The notes: generated from the letters alone by a model not told the origin. A DNA stretch of 64,000 nucleotides from Laetmonice hystrix (GCA_965235115.1 OZ249440.1:19592001-19656000), one strand, 5' to 3'; shown: positions 1 to 11,272, counted from the first letter of the stretch. Numbers and translations: made by a program.

Positions 1-1
1 C

Positions 2-1585
2 TGCCAAGCTTCGCAGGCGTTTGACTGATGTGTGATTTATGCCCTGCCAGGTGTGGCACTCTTGAACAATCTCGTCAAGCTTCCGTCGGGGAATCTCCAC
101 TTCCATGCTTCCAGTGTTGACCTCAAATCCAAGAAAGTTTAAGCAGGTGGTGGGTGGAACATTCTTCTCCGTGGCTAGTGAGACGCCTAGGCGTGCCGCC
201 ATGTCATGCAAATAATTGTATGCAGCTGCTGCCTCTTCATATGTGGGGGCGGACCCGCAAAAATCGTCGACGTAAATGAGGCAGTGGAAGCCTGCCGTCC
301 TTAATTGGCAGGCGATGGCGTTAGTCGTGCGTTGGCAGGCTGACCCACTGGTGCGGCAGCCGAAACTGGGGCAGATGTCGATGTAATACTTATCACGATG
401 TCTGATACCCATCAGGGGGTAATCAAGCGGGTCAAGCCTGAGCTGTCTGAAGGCCCTGGACATATCACATTTCCAGAGGTAGGAACCGGGCCCGTTTCGT
501 CTTATCTCGTCAGTGAGGTCGTCTATGCCCGGGAGGGTGTACTTTCGGTACGTACCCCGGGGATCCGTCGATATACCACTGTTGACACTCTCCCCATCAG
601 GGTAGGAGAGATCCAGGATTATCCGCAAGCGCTCAGAGTCTTTCTTGGGGCGTGTCATGATGGGCGTGGTATTAAACCAAGGCTCAAAGGGTGGGCTCGT
701 GAATGGGCCAAGCATTGCACCCATGCTCAGTTCCTTCTCTATGAATAGGTCGATCTCGTGCATTTCTTGAGTTGTCGTTGCGTGGTTCTTCATGGATGAG
801 GTTGGTGGCGTCGGAGACGCGTAATTCATAGGCCAGCCAAACCGTATGTGATCCGCTACGTCGGGATCGTCCCCACCGAGCGTCATTTCATACCAAGCCT
901 CGGTGTTCATTTGGGATGGAATTGGAATGCGTGCGTTCATAAAGTTCGGAAGAGTGGTACTTTTCACTTTGTCGTATATGAGTTTGTAAGGGGTGAATGG
1001 GCCCCAGTCCCCCACTGCGGTCGGCCATGTTGTCCGAATGATGTCCGCCATGTCTTGGGGGGTAAGAGAAGCTTGAGTGTCCAGAGTGTTCGCATTGACC
1101 CCAGAGTGGGATGCCTGTGTATCTGATGGCTCAGCGTATTGTAAACAAGTTGGATGAACATCTGGACGCGTGGAGCTGGGAGAGTCGCCGGCCTGGAGGT
1201 CGTGGCCTCCAACTGATAAGGGCATAGCGCAGTAGGAAAGTGGGCCATCGTGGGTGCCCTGGGGGCCCGCCCTGGAGCCGTGGTGAGTGCCGTCGTTATC
1301 TTCGATGAGATTATTGTGGTGCCGTGTGGTTGGCTGTTGCCCCGTGTGGGCAGCGTCTCGTGGAGGATTGCGTAGTATGTGATGCCCGTCATCAGGCCGT
1401 CTGATTGCTGAGTGACAGGGCAGGTGATCGTGCTGATTCGTGAGGGTTCGCGTGGCGGAACTATCTGTCGTGGTGGTGACTGCATGTTGACTAAGAGTCA
1501 CGGGGGTCTCGTGATCACTGGTGAGGCCCCCTATTCGCGAAAATTTGGGCGCTGATCTACGGCCATCCCTAACTTCTTCCGGCAT
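2..1585 (-). CDS. pol: DIRS/Ngaro-type reverse transcriptase (pol) ORF, 3'-truncated by the window edge
   Basis: Manual translation from ATG at 1585 is stop-free to the window start (~528 codons): PNFMNARIPIPSQMN, GWPMNY, GAMLGPF, RIILDLSYPDGESVNSGI, LWKCDMSRAFRQL, FGCRTS, LIYVDDF (YVDD at 263-274), FLGFEVNT. These are typical DIRS-group RT motifs. Absent from the ORF track because it has no stop in the window. Confidence 0.93.
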   Translation of the reverse strand, partial: MPEEVRDGRRSAPKFSRIGGLTSDHETPVTLSQHAVTTTTDSSATRTLTNQHDHLPCHSAIRRPDDGHHILRNPPRDAAHTGQQPTTRHHNNLIEDNDGTHHGSRAGPQGTHDGPLSYCAMPLSVGGHDLQAGDSPSSTRPDVHPTCLQYAEPSDTQASHSGVNANTLDTQASLTPQDMADIIRTTWPTAVGDWGPFTPYKLIYDKVKSTTLPNFMNARIPIPSQMNTEAWYEMTLGGDDPDVADHIRFGWPMNYASPTPPTSSMKNHATTTQEMHEIDLFIEKELSMGAMLGPFTSPPFEPWFNTTPIMTRPKKDSERLRIILDLSYPDGESVNSGISTDPRGTYRKYTLPGIDDLTDEIRRNGPGSYLWKCDMSRAFRQLRLDPLDYPLMGIRHRDKYYIDICPSFGCRTSGSACQRTTNAIACQLRTAGFHCLIYVDDFCGSAPTYEEAAAAYNYLHDMAARLGVSLATEKNVPPTTCLNFLGFEVNTGSMEVEIPRRKLDEIVQECHTWQGINHTSVKRLRSLA

Positions 1586-2781
1586 TCAGTCTCAGGGTGG
1601 CGAAATGTCATACCGAATGCGGCATTGCAGTGCTCACAGAAATGCAACATTTTGTCCGTGCCAAGGGCATGACCATGAAGCTTATCACATCTGCCTTCGT
1701 TGTATGATGCACATATTTTGCCCTCCTTGATGTTCTGGCCCTTGAGCATGGGGCGCTGTCGGCTTGGCAGGGTGCGAGGGCGTGACTGGGAGATCGAGAC
1801 TCGCATTAGCTGGATCTGAGTGCCATTAGACCATCCGCCGGGAATTTTGTTTTCGACGATCTTCGTTATTACCGTCTCGGACCAGCGCCTGACCTCAGAC
1901 CACTCATGGTCACGCGCGTCGTCAAGTACCTCCTCCAGATGCCTGAGAATTGCATTTTTATCGTGGACAGTGTTGGCTGCATCCTTGACAAGCTGCAACA
2001 AGCCCCAACCGTACTCGCTAATAGAAAGGTCTCCAAGTGTTGTGCTGTGCTGCTTTTCCCCCCTCGTGACATGTTGATGTGGGTAGTTACGTGGCTTACC
2101 GTTTTTGAATCTCAAATGGGTGGCAGTGGATTCGATGATGGCCTTGATGTCATCCTCGGTGGGCTCGCCGATCCAGTAGGTGGCGCCCTGCTGAGCGGAC
2201 GCCTGCTGCTGGTAGTGCGGAACGGTGGCAGGAACCCCAGCGAACGCGGGCGCTGGCGTCTGACGCATGTAATCCGACTCGTATGACCTCGGTGGCTGGG
2301 TCACTGGTGCTGGAGCAGTCGGCTGACCTGGAGGGTAAGAAGCCTGTTGCAGTGGCTGCTGGCGGGTCGGCTCCTGTTCACGCCCCGGGACGCAGGGGGC
2401 CCCGGTTGCAGAGGCGGTTGGTTGGGCAATCGTTGGCTGAGTGGAGGCCGGCGCTGGAGGAAACGCTCCCTCGATGGACGCGGGCATCTGGCCGGGACCT
2501 TGTAGTGGCGGGCGGCACTCAGCAGTTGGAGCTTGGCTAAGCAACGTTTGAAGGCTCCTCTGAATGTCAGTCATTTGGGTGCCAAGCGCCCCCATGCGCA
2601 GTTGCATGGCCGCAATCTGCTCGGCGTTTTCTTGCGTTGGATTAACCCGGTTCTTCTTGGTCTGTCGCTTCTTTGCTGGCTTTTCGATCGGCACCGTTGG
2701 CGCCCAGTTGACCGCAAAGGTGTCGTCGGCCTCAGGGACTGACCGAAGCCTGGTGCGCATGTTAGTGGACGTGCTGGCCAT
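1531..2781 (-). CDS. gag: Gag-like ORF1 of the DIRS/Ngaro retrotransposon (416 aa)
   Basis: Intact ORF directly upstream of the RT ORF and overlapping it by 55 nt. Pro/Gln-rich linker, then a W-rich core (HEWSEVRRW) and a C-terminal Cys/His cluster (CASYNEGRC...H...HFCEHC...H....C) typical of DIRS-group ORF1. Confidence 0.85.
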   Translation of the reverse strand: MASTSTNMRTRLRSVPEADDTFAVNWAPTVPIEKPAKKRQTKKNRVNPTQENAEQIAAMQLRMGALGTQMTDIQRSLQTLLSQAPTAECRPPLQGPGQMPASIEGAFPPAPASTQPTIAQPTASATGAPCVPGREQEPTRQQPLQQASYPPGQPTAPAPVTQPPRSYESDYMRQTPAPAFAGVPATVPHYQQQASAQQGATYWIGEPTEDDIKAIIESTATHLRFKNGKPRNYPHQHVTRGEKQHSTTLGDLSISEYGWGLLQLVKDAANTVHDKNAILRHLEEVLDDARDHEWSEVRRWSETVITKIVENKIPGGWSNGTQIQLMRVSISQSRPRTLPSRQRPMLKGQNIKEGKICASYNEGRCDKLHGHALGTDKMLHFCEHCNAAFGMTFRHPETECRKKLGMAVDQRPNFRE

Positions 2782-5342
2782 CTTGCTGCTGAGTTTAAGT
2801 GTGTAGCTAGTTAAAACGTCTGCTTACTTCCAGGGCTAAAGTTCGAATGAGCAGGTCAACCGCCGCCACCCCAGCGGCAGCGCACGCATGCGCATGCCAG
2901 GGGCGCCGATGGGGGTTGTTCTTTAGTCAATTAAGCGCAATGTATACATTACTCCCAATTTACATTGATGATTCCTGTAGTCATTTTACAGTACTATAAA
3001 CTGCAAGAGCGTGATTCAACTGTGCTACCTTTAAGTGTGACCATACTGTGTCTACCATGGTTTGCAATAGTAGAGTGGATTTGTAGCAATAAACGATTAC
3101 ATCTGATATTAGGCCTGAACATATACGAGCGGACTATAAAGGGATACTTTGCTAGCTTATCACAAAACACTTTAAAGCAATTGCTATATGCTTAGTATAA
3201 GATAGAATACGGTTAATGTTCATTTGCCTTTTGGACTGCGCGCAGGACCATTATCCAAAGAGGAAAGGCAACGCATTTTTGTGCCTTTCAATATGTATCT
3301 CGTATCAGGCAGTTTGCAGGGAGACGAGGCGGTAAATGTATTTTTGAAAGGAATGGTGTACATGTATGTATGCCTCTTAATTACACGAATCAATTTGTGC
3401 TGGTGGATAGTGGAGAAAACTATATTATTAATATATCGACAGGGCTATAAGTAAGCATACATGTAAGCAGTGACATTTCAAAGTTAATGTAACTGGCAAG
3501 TACACGTGGAATGAAGGGATTGTCGGTTTGTGGGAACTAGGCAGATTGAGCTCAGCAAGTTGCGCCTTGTCTACACCAACAAGTTTTACTTGACAAGTCT
3601 TCACTGACGAGAAAAAACGTGCCCGTGTAGAAAGGGAAATGTAACAAATTTTCCTCGTCAATTTCCATTCGTTAGAAAGCTTAAGCTGGTTGTGCTAACT
3701 TTTGAACGAGGAAACTTGGCCAGGGTAACGAAAAACTTGTTGGTAATTTACACGGGCACATCACTCATTAAAGGAAGTTGTCAAGGAAAAGGGAAGAATA
3801 AGCTAATAATTTACATTGCTAGTGCCTGGGTGGACAAGTCTGACAAATATTATAAGAATTGTGGCCATACAGTACGTCACTAAATGCATTGGCATTGGTT
3901 CTTATCAGCATGCCGTAAACCGTATCTCATATACAATTTGGTAATTGCGTACTACGTGTGATTTCAAATAGTAGTTGATTTGACAGCCACGCTTCCATTT
4001 TTAAGCATGCATTAAGATTAAGTCATTGAACAATCTGTGACTCACGGTGGGCTAGGCAGCCTTACACATTGCTTGAATTGCTATATGGCTTCATGCATAT
4101 AAACTTCTTGGGTCGGGGTGTGGGTGGGGGCTTACTGAGCATTAGCCTGCAGGTTGGTTGATGAAAAACCCTTATCCGTGCAGCCTAGCGTTGGACCTGT
4201 TGCCCACCAGAGGGACTGCCGCACGTCCGTGACCGTACACCCCATTACGGAAAGCTGAAACCCCTCGAGTGCATAAACGCGTCCTTTGAAGACAGGGCTT
4301 CCAGCCTGTTGTAATGCTCCTATACGATAAATACCAGAATGTTCACTGCAGAACGTCGCAAAAACATTGGCGGATACAGACAGATACATAATACCAAAGA
4401 GTGAAGCGGGAAGGGATTTAGTGCAAAAACATCTAAAATGATATTTTAGGAGCGATGAGTGAGTGAGAACGTTTTTCGTCGTTGCGCTATCGCTAAGGCA
4501 GCGATAAAGGGCGGAAAATATAGAAAATAACGGAGAGCCAATTACCTCCCGGATCCCAACGGTAAAAACATAAAATCAAAGGTCGAGAAGAGTGAGATGG
4601 TGTGGATACTACTTATTTTATTACGTGAAGCAACCTAAAGCCTCCCTCTTGTGTGTTTGAGCAGCAGCCATTGCTGTTAGCGATCAGAGTAAACCTTCAA
4701 AAGGTATACTCTTACAATGCTTGACACTCCTGTGAGGTAAACACTATTATCCGTTAACAATACAGGCCAAACTCCCACAAGGTCTTTACACGCAATAATC
4801 TATCTATCTGAAACCCATGTAGGAGTGTGAGGAAAGATAGGGGTACGGGACAAAAGCCTCCTCGGCCTGGAGGCAAAGTACTATTTGAAACCTTCCTAAA
4901 AGGACGCGTTATTTTTGGACACACATGTAGCACCCTCAAATGTAAAAATTCCGCTGAATGTAAAAACGCCGTCATATGTAACAAATATTTACGACAAATG
5001 TGAAAACGTACGTCAAATTGCTCTTGGCCTAAGTACTGTCTTTGGCAACTGCCAACAGAAGTCGGTCGAACGTAGCTCGACTCTTGACATCTACACGTGT
5101 GTCCACAGATCTTCCTGGCATGCAATAGTGCACAACTAACCGATCACACAGTGCTGTTACCATCAGCAAAAACAGTCTCTGGCGGAGGAGTCTGTTGGGG
5201 GCCATTGCCCATATACATGTATATGCAACAGTGGGTCATACGACGTATATACGGTGATCACTGTAAGAAAACTGAGGGGGAAGCAAAGTCTTAGGCAGGG
5301 AGTCGGATTTTTACATTTGACGTAACAGGTTTTCACATGCAG

Positions 5343-5565
5343 TAAAGGAACGTTGGAGCCGCAGGCTCGACGAGTTTTATGCAGGAGAACTCGGTAATTC
5401 TCATCTAAGCCGCAAGTGGGCGCTACTTCTCCGGATAACTCAAATTTCCCCTGCCTCCGCCAGGGGAACACGTGACGTCATATACAGTTGAGGTCAAGGT
5501 CATCTTCCACATGCGTCTCATCGTCGCCATTACGTCTTCAGTCGGACATCCACGAATTTTTCAAT
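5343..5565 (+). repeat. Split direct repeat A1
   Basis: Direct copy at 10591-10813. Confidence 0.95.
5468..5486 (+). promoter_or_regulatory. Candidate internal promoter in repeat A (overlapping E-box/CRE followed by TATA-like)
   Basis: CACGTGACGTCATATACA: CACGTG overlapping TGACGTCA, then TATACA. Motif match only. Confidence 0.3.
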
Positions 5566-7324
5566 TTGGCATGCAGCGTTGATTCTGCCTTGCGCCTTCC
5601 TTGTCGTGTTGGCTACGTCATGGGACGTTTATCACTGGTTTTGCTGGACGTGTTCTTTTGCCGTTTGATACCATGGTTTCGTGACGATCGGGATCCCATT
5701 CCCCCCGCTTGACGACCCAGGCCGGGCCTGTAGCCTATTCCGTCTCAAGAGTTTTGTAGGGCAGCCCGTCGTCCTTGAATTGGGACACGTGCGCGTCTGC
5801 GTCCCGACTGGGAGTCGCCCGCATGTCAAGCCTCAAGGGGAAGATGTCTCGTCGGCGATAAGTTAAGTAGGATAGGGTCTCATTAAAAGGCCTAGCCCTA
5901 CTGTTAAATTCGGCATCATTAGGTTGCTTGTGACTTAATTTAGGCTATAATTATTGATTCACGATAGCCTAACCTTATATTATAACGTAGCCTAACTAAC
6001 GACGTTAGTGTTACAACACTCTATCTACAGTGTTAGGCCTAACGTTAGTTTTCAATTGACTCTAATAAAACTACTTTTCACTCTGTAGTACTGGTACCTA
6101 TAACTTAGTTATAGGAGCTGTAGTAGCCCTAGTCACGTTAGCCTGCCGCTTATTTGAAATGTCATAGTTACATTATATTATACCTTAATATAATATAGGA
6201 TATATAATCTGATCCAAGTAGTACGTTCTCCAACGTCGGTCTCTCTGTTATATTAATATTTACAATGATTCCATTCTAGCCCTACCATTCTTTCGTTTAA
6301 GCACAGGTACAGGGGCTTGAATCCCTCCTTATACTCTATAATATCATTATGGTACCGGTATACATCTACTTACTATACCATACTATATTATTTAATTCGG
6401 TATCTCCTTCTAGACGTTATAATTATACGTTATATTACAGTCACAATATATCATGATCATCTACCTTAGTTCCCTCAGTCTGTCCAGTGTAAATAAATGT
6501 TCAGCTCTGGCATTCATCTTTATTAACTCCCCATTAATGTAGCTTTGCCCTGTTTTATCTAATGGTTCGGTCTAGGACCAGTTAAATTTTATCATCACCA
6601 TGGAGTATTATTATTCTTTATATCCCCAGATAATATATTATCTAATCTTGTTGTTAGTGGTTTTCATTTCTTCTACTTAATTTGATTGCCCTGGTTCGGT
6701 CTGGGACCGGTGGATTCATACATTATTCTGTTTATTATAATATATTTAATACCTTTTACCATTCAAGTAAGTGGTTGTACGAGACAACATAAAGCGAAGT
6801 CGTACAAGTTACAACCCTGCCTTTATGGCACGGTTGTCCATTTGTTAACCTCAAATTTGGCTCTGGAACAGCAGGCCGACCGCCTGATTGTTCGACTCTC
6901 TACGAGTGGATGATAGGTGACATAATCGTCTCCTGTTCACTGGGTAGTCCCAATTCCACACAAACAAACCAAGACCAGGAGCGTAGGAAGAAGAAGGAGA
7001 AGAGCAAAAGGATGTTCCAGGCATTGGTACAGTGCGGGTCAACCAGAAATTCCTGCAGACAACCATGATTCTATATTATATAGGTTGTCTAGCGGACAAC
7101 TCGACCAAAAATCTTTAAATTGAAAGCAGCTTATATTTGTTGCCAGTAGTGCTTCAAAGTTGCATTGCTTGGTGTACTGTTGATTTCACAGTTTTTCATA
7201 ACTCATCTGTACTGACTGATCTTTAATGGTTGGATCAGTTGAATTTATAATTATTATTTATATATTTACGTTTGTAACCATTATAAGTTGTTAGGATACG
7301 ATCGGGTTACACTTTTAATCTGAC

Positions 7325-8900
7325 TATATTTTGTCTCACCTGAGGGACTGGTTTAGTGGTTGGATCAATGGATCCGTGCCGTTATTATTATTCTTATATC
7401 TTTACTTTTCTTTTTATATTTTGACTCATCTTATGGTAATGGTTCACTGGTACTCCTTGGACAAGTGATATCTCTATCGTTATTATTGATTATTATAATA
7501 ATATATTTACTTTTCTATATTTACCCATCATAATGTGTTATGGTCCTGATCGGTTCCCAGTTTTCTATGCGGAATCATGTCATCACATGAGAGACTGGTT
7601 TAGTGGTTGGATCAATGGATCCGTGCCATTATTATTATTTTCTTATCTTTACTTTCCTATACTGGGACATTATGATATGTTATTGTTCCTTGAAACACAG
7701 TTTTATATTTTATCCATCTTATAGTACTGGTTCACTGGTACTGGGTGGAGAAGTTATATTTCTATCATGATTATTGAGTATTATAATATATTTACTTTTC
7801 TATAGTTACCCATTATAATGTGTTATGGGCCTGATGGGTTTTGGTTGGATCAATGGATCCGTGCCATAATGTGTTATAGTCCTGATGTTTTGGTTGGATC
7901 AATGGATCCGTGCCATAATGTGTTATAGTCCTGATGTTTTGGTTGGATCAACGGATCCGTGCCATAATGTGTTATAGTCCTGATGTTTTGGTTGGATCAA
8001 CGGATCCGTGCCATAATGTGTTATAGTCCTGATGTTTTGGTTGGATCAATGGATCCGTGCCATAATGTGTTATAGTCCTGGTGTTTTGGTTGGATCAATG
8101 GATCCGTGCCATAATGTGTTATAGTCCTGGTGTTTGGTTGGATCAATGGATCCGTGCCATAATGTGTTATAGTCCTGATGTTTTGGTTGGATCAATGGAT
8201 CCGTGCCATAATGTGTTATAGTCCTGGTGTTTTGGTTGGATCAATGGATCCGTGCCATAATGTGTTATAGTCCTGGTGTTTTGGTTGGATCAATGGATCC
8301 GTGCCATAATGTGTTATAGTCCTGGTGTTTTGGTTGGATCAATGGATCCGTGCCATAATGTGTTATGGTCCTGATGTTTTGGTTGGATCAATGGATCCGT
8401 GCCATTGTTATTATCTTCTTATAGCTTTACTTTCGTATACTGGGACATCATGATATGGTATTGTTCATTGAAACACAGTTTTATAGTTTATCCATCTTAT
8501 AGTACTGGTTCACTGGTACGGGGTGGACAAGTCATATTTCTATCATGATTATTGATTATTATAATATATTACTTTTCTATATTTACCCATTATAATGTGT
8601 TATGGTCCTGATGGGTTTTGGTTGGATCAATGGATCCGTGACATTATTATTATTATTCTCCTATCTTTACTTCCCTATACTGGGACATCATGATAGGTTA
8701 TTGGTTAGGTTATAGGTTATTGGTCCACTGGTACAGTGGTTGGACAAGTGATATTCTGTCGTTATTATTATTATTGTAATATATTTACTTATCTATATTT
8801 ACCCATCATAATATATTATAGTCCTGATGGGTTCACAGGTTTTTTATGTTGAATCATCTCATTAAGACTACTGCTTTAGTGATTGGATCACGGGATTGTG
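7325..8900 (+). repeat. Diverged ~240-300 bp tandem monomers enclosing a 49-bp minisatellite
   Basis: GGTTGGATCAATGGATCCGTGCC recurs at ~7358, ~7605, ~7843-8403 and ~8620. The 49-bp unit (gtgccataatgtgttatagtcctgatgttttggttggatcaatggatcc) has ~11 copies at 7843-8403. Confidence 0.9.
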
Positions 8901-9149
8901 TCATTATTATTGGTTTTCTTATATCTTTACTTCTCTATTATTGGACATCATGGTACGTATTGTTCTTCTGGAACCACAGTTTTATATTTTGGCTCATCAG
9001 GTATTTCAATTCTTGGACAATTATATTTCTATCGTAATAATCGATTATTACGTATACCTAATATTATTCTGGGCCATGATACAGGTTATTGTCCCCCTGC
9101 CTTCCCATTTTTTTACATTTTGATCCATCTGAGGTTCTATTGACGTATA

Positions 9150-9700
9150 TGATGGTCATTATTCCATTACTTATATTTCCTCAGATTTACTTATTCAAGG
9201 TTGCACGTTATTCTGTGTGCGTGCCTTGCACCGTGTGGTGGGGACGTTGCTCCTTTGGGTGCTGTTTCTCATTTACTTAGCAAGTGTTCCGCTGTTAGGT
9301 GTTCGTGCTTTGCCCATGTGGTGATTATTCCATTACTTATATTTCCTCAAATTCATTTATTCAAGGTTGCACGTTATTCTGTGTGCGTGCCTTGCACCGT
9401 GTGGTGGGGACGTTGCACCTTTGGGTGCGGTTTCTCATTCACTTAGCAAGTGTTGCACTGTTAGGTGTGCGTGCTTTGCCCCTGTGGTGGGATGTTCGCT
9501 TTTGGGTGCGATTTCTCATTCACTTAGCAAAGTTGCACTGTACCGTCAGTCTCGCCCCATGTGATTGAATTTGTGCCAATGTTTGGTCCATTTTCTTTTA
9601 CTTAGCGAGTGGTACTTTATTTATCTGCCGTGCCTTGCCCCGTGTGGTTGGGACGTTGCATCTTTGGGTGTGATTTATCATTCACTTAGCAAGTGTTGGC
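9150..9700 (+). repeat. 166-bp tandem duplication with ~83-bp subunits
   Basis: Near-identical ORF-track peptides at 9201 and 9367 (offset 166); repeated gtgccttgcaccgtgtggt...tttgggtgc...cacttagcaag. Confidence 0.85.
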
Positions 9701-10178
9701 AGTGACGACCCGTCTCGCCGATGGTTCTCGCCATCGTTTCGTTATTCTCCTTTATATAGCGAGTGGGTTTTAGCTTGTGTGCGTGCCTTGACTGTAGTTG
9801 GAAAGTTCATCTGAATGTATCTTCCGTCGAATTCCTACATCGGAGTTTCAACCTCACCTTGAGAATGACTTACAGTTCATACTTTACTGACCAGATCTTC
9901 TTATGTTTCATGTCATCGGGAGACGATGGTTTGGAGTTGTACAGGGGCTTTTAGCACACAGACTGTCCGTGGAGCCCGCTCCTCACAGTTAAACCCATTT
10001 AACCAGACCTGGATATATACGGCACCTTCAATCGTCAACCTTTGGATTTGGTGTGACATTCCATGTGGATCAGCTCGGGTTCTCTTAACCCCAGATAAGA
10101 TGTCAGTTTGACTCATTTTGTTGTTGAGTCGTCAGTTCTTTTTTCTTTTGGTGGCTCCACCTGCCAACTGGCAGGTTG

Positions 10179-10594
10179 GTGGCACTGTCGCCACCTACTA
10201 CCCCTTTTTGACAGACACATAATTCAGAATCTATACCACTTACAACAACTTTGTTCATTATTACACCCAGTCTCCTCAAACTTATAACAACCCTTCCAGG
10301 CAGTGCAGTGTGGGCTCACTGTCCAGGAGAAACTATCGTCACAATATTATCCTTAGATAACTTATATCTTCTTCTGTTTGAATCATATTCAATTTTTACA
10401 TTCTTCTTAACCCGGATGGTGCAGTGAGGGCTCACCCTGGGTGGTGACACATTTCAATCTTATCTTGTATATCACTGTCAGTCAGTGCAGCGTGGGCTCA
10501 CTTTCTGAATATTTACATCCTTTTGTTTTAATATTGAATAAATATGTGTCACCCATTCAACAACAATAAGGTGTCCGAGTTCTGCCTGCATAAA
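10179..10594 (+). repeat. Split direct repeat B1
   Basis: Direct copy at 10857-11272; contains AATAAA near its 3' end. Confidence 0.95.
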
Positions 10595-10813
10595 GGAACG
10601 TTGGAGCCGCAGGCTCGACGAGTTTTATGCAGGAGAACTCGGTAATTCTCATCTAAGCCGCAAGTGGGCGCTACTTCTCCGGATAACTCAAATTTCCCCT
10701 GCCTCCGCCAGGGGAACACGTGACGTCATATACAGTTGAGGTCAAGGTCATCTTCCACATGCGTCTCATCGTCGCCATTACGTCTTCAGTCGGACATCCA
10801 CGAATTTTTCAAT
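10591..10813 (+). repeat. Split direct repeat A2
   Basis: Copy of 5343-5565. Confidence 0.95.
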
Positions 10814-10856
10814 CCCGCCGCCTCCCCATCTTCCTCCTACCGTATTCCGGTTCTTC

Positions 10857-11272
10857 GTGGCACTGTCGCCACCTACTACCCCTTTTTGACAGACACATAA
10901 TTCAGAATCTATACCACTTACAACAACTTTGTTCATTATTACACCCAGTCTCCTCAAACTTATAACAACCCTTCCAGGCAGTGCAGTGTGGGCTCACTGT
11001 CCAGGAGAAACTATCGTCACAATATTATCCTTAGATAACTTATATCTTCTTCTGTTTGAATCATATTCAATTTTTACATTCTTCTTAACCCGGATGGTGC
11101 AGTGAGGGCTCACCCTGGGTGGTGACACATTTCAATCTTATCTTGTATATCACTGTCAGTCAGTGCAGCGTGGGCTCACTTTCTGAATATTTACATCCTT
11201 TTGTTTTAATATTGAATAAATATGTGTCACCCATTCAACAACAATAAGGTGTCCGAGTTCTGCCTGCATAAA
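10857..11272 (+). repeat. Split direct repeat B2
   Basis: Copy of 10179-10594. Confidence 0.95.

Larger units (their letters stand above)
1..3010 (-). mobile_element. Tyrosine-recombinase retrotransposon (DIRS order, Ngaro-like), 5' half
   Basis: gag plus overlapping RT. RNase H and YR are expected beyond the window start. 5' boundary uncertain: an imperfect palindrome TTTTACAGTACTATAAAC lies near 2985-3002, and a second candidate (GAAGTTTAT on minus) near 4107. Confidence 0.85.
5343..11272 (+). mobile_element. Non-autonomous split-direct-repeat element (A1-internal-B1-A2-B2), DIRS-order architecture
   Basis: A1 5343-5565 = A2 10591-10813 (223 bp); B1 10179-10594 = B2 10857-11272 (416 bp); no differences seen by eye. 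B1 and A2 overlap in TAAA, which also forms both outer ends. No RT or YR ORF inside. Confidence 0.8.

Noticed and set aside
964-1485. 173-aa ORF in the gag frame overlapping pol
   Set aside because: Separated from gag by two stops (1531-1533 and 1498-1500); low-complexity Pro/Thr-rich and without a motif. Probably a shadow of the pol N-terminus.
6960-7160. Penelope-like RT N-terminus (RRRRR...ILYRLSSGQL) inside the split-repeat element
   Set aside because: Only a faint resemblance to VxNLSS..L. No downstream RT or GIY-YIG motifs and no CUGAUGA...GAAA hammerhead found in A or B.
7843-8403. CRISPR-like appearance of the 49-bp array (also the 46-, 45- and 43-bp arrays)
   Set aside because: Head-to-tail repeats with no unique spacers, no cas genes, and a eukaryotic context.
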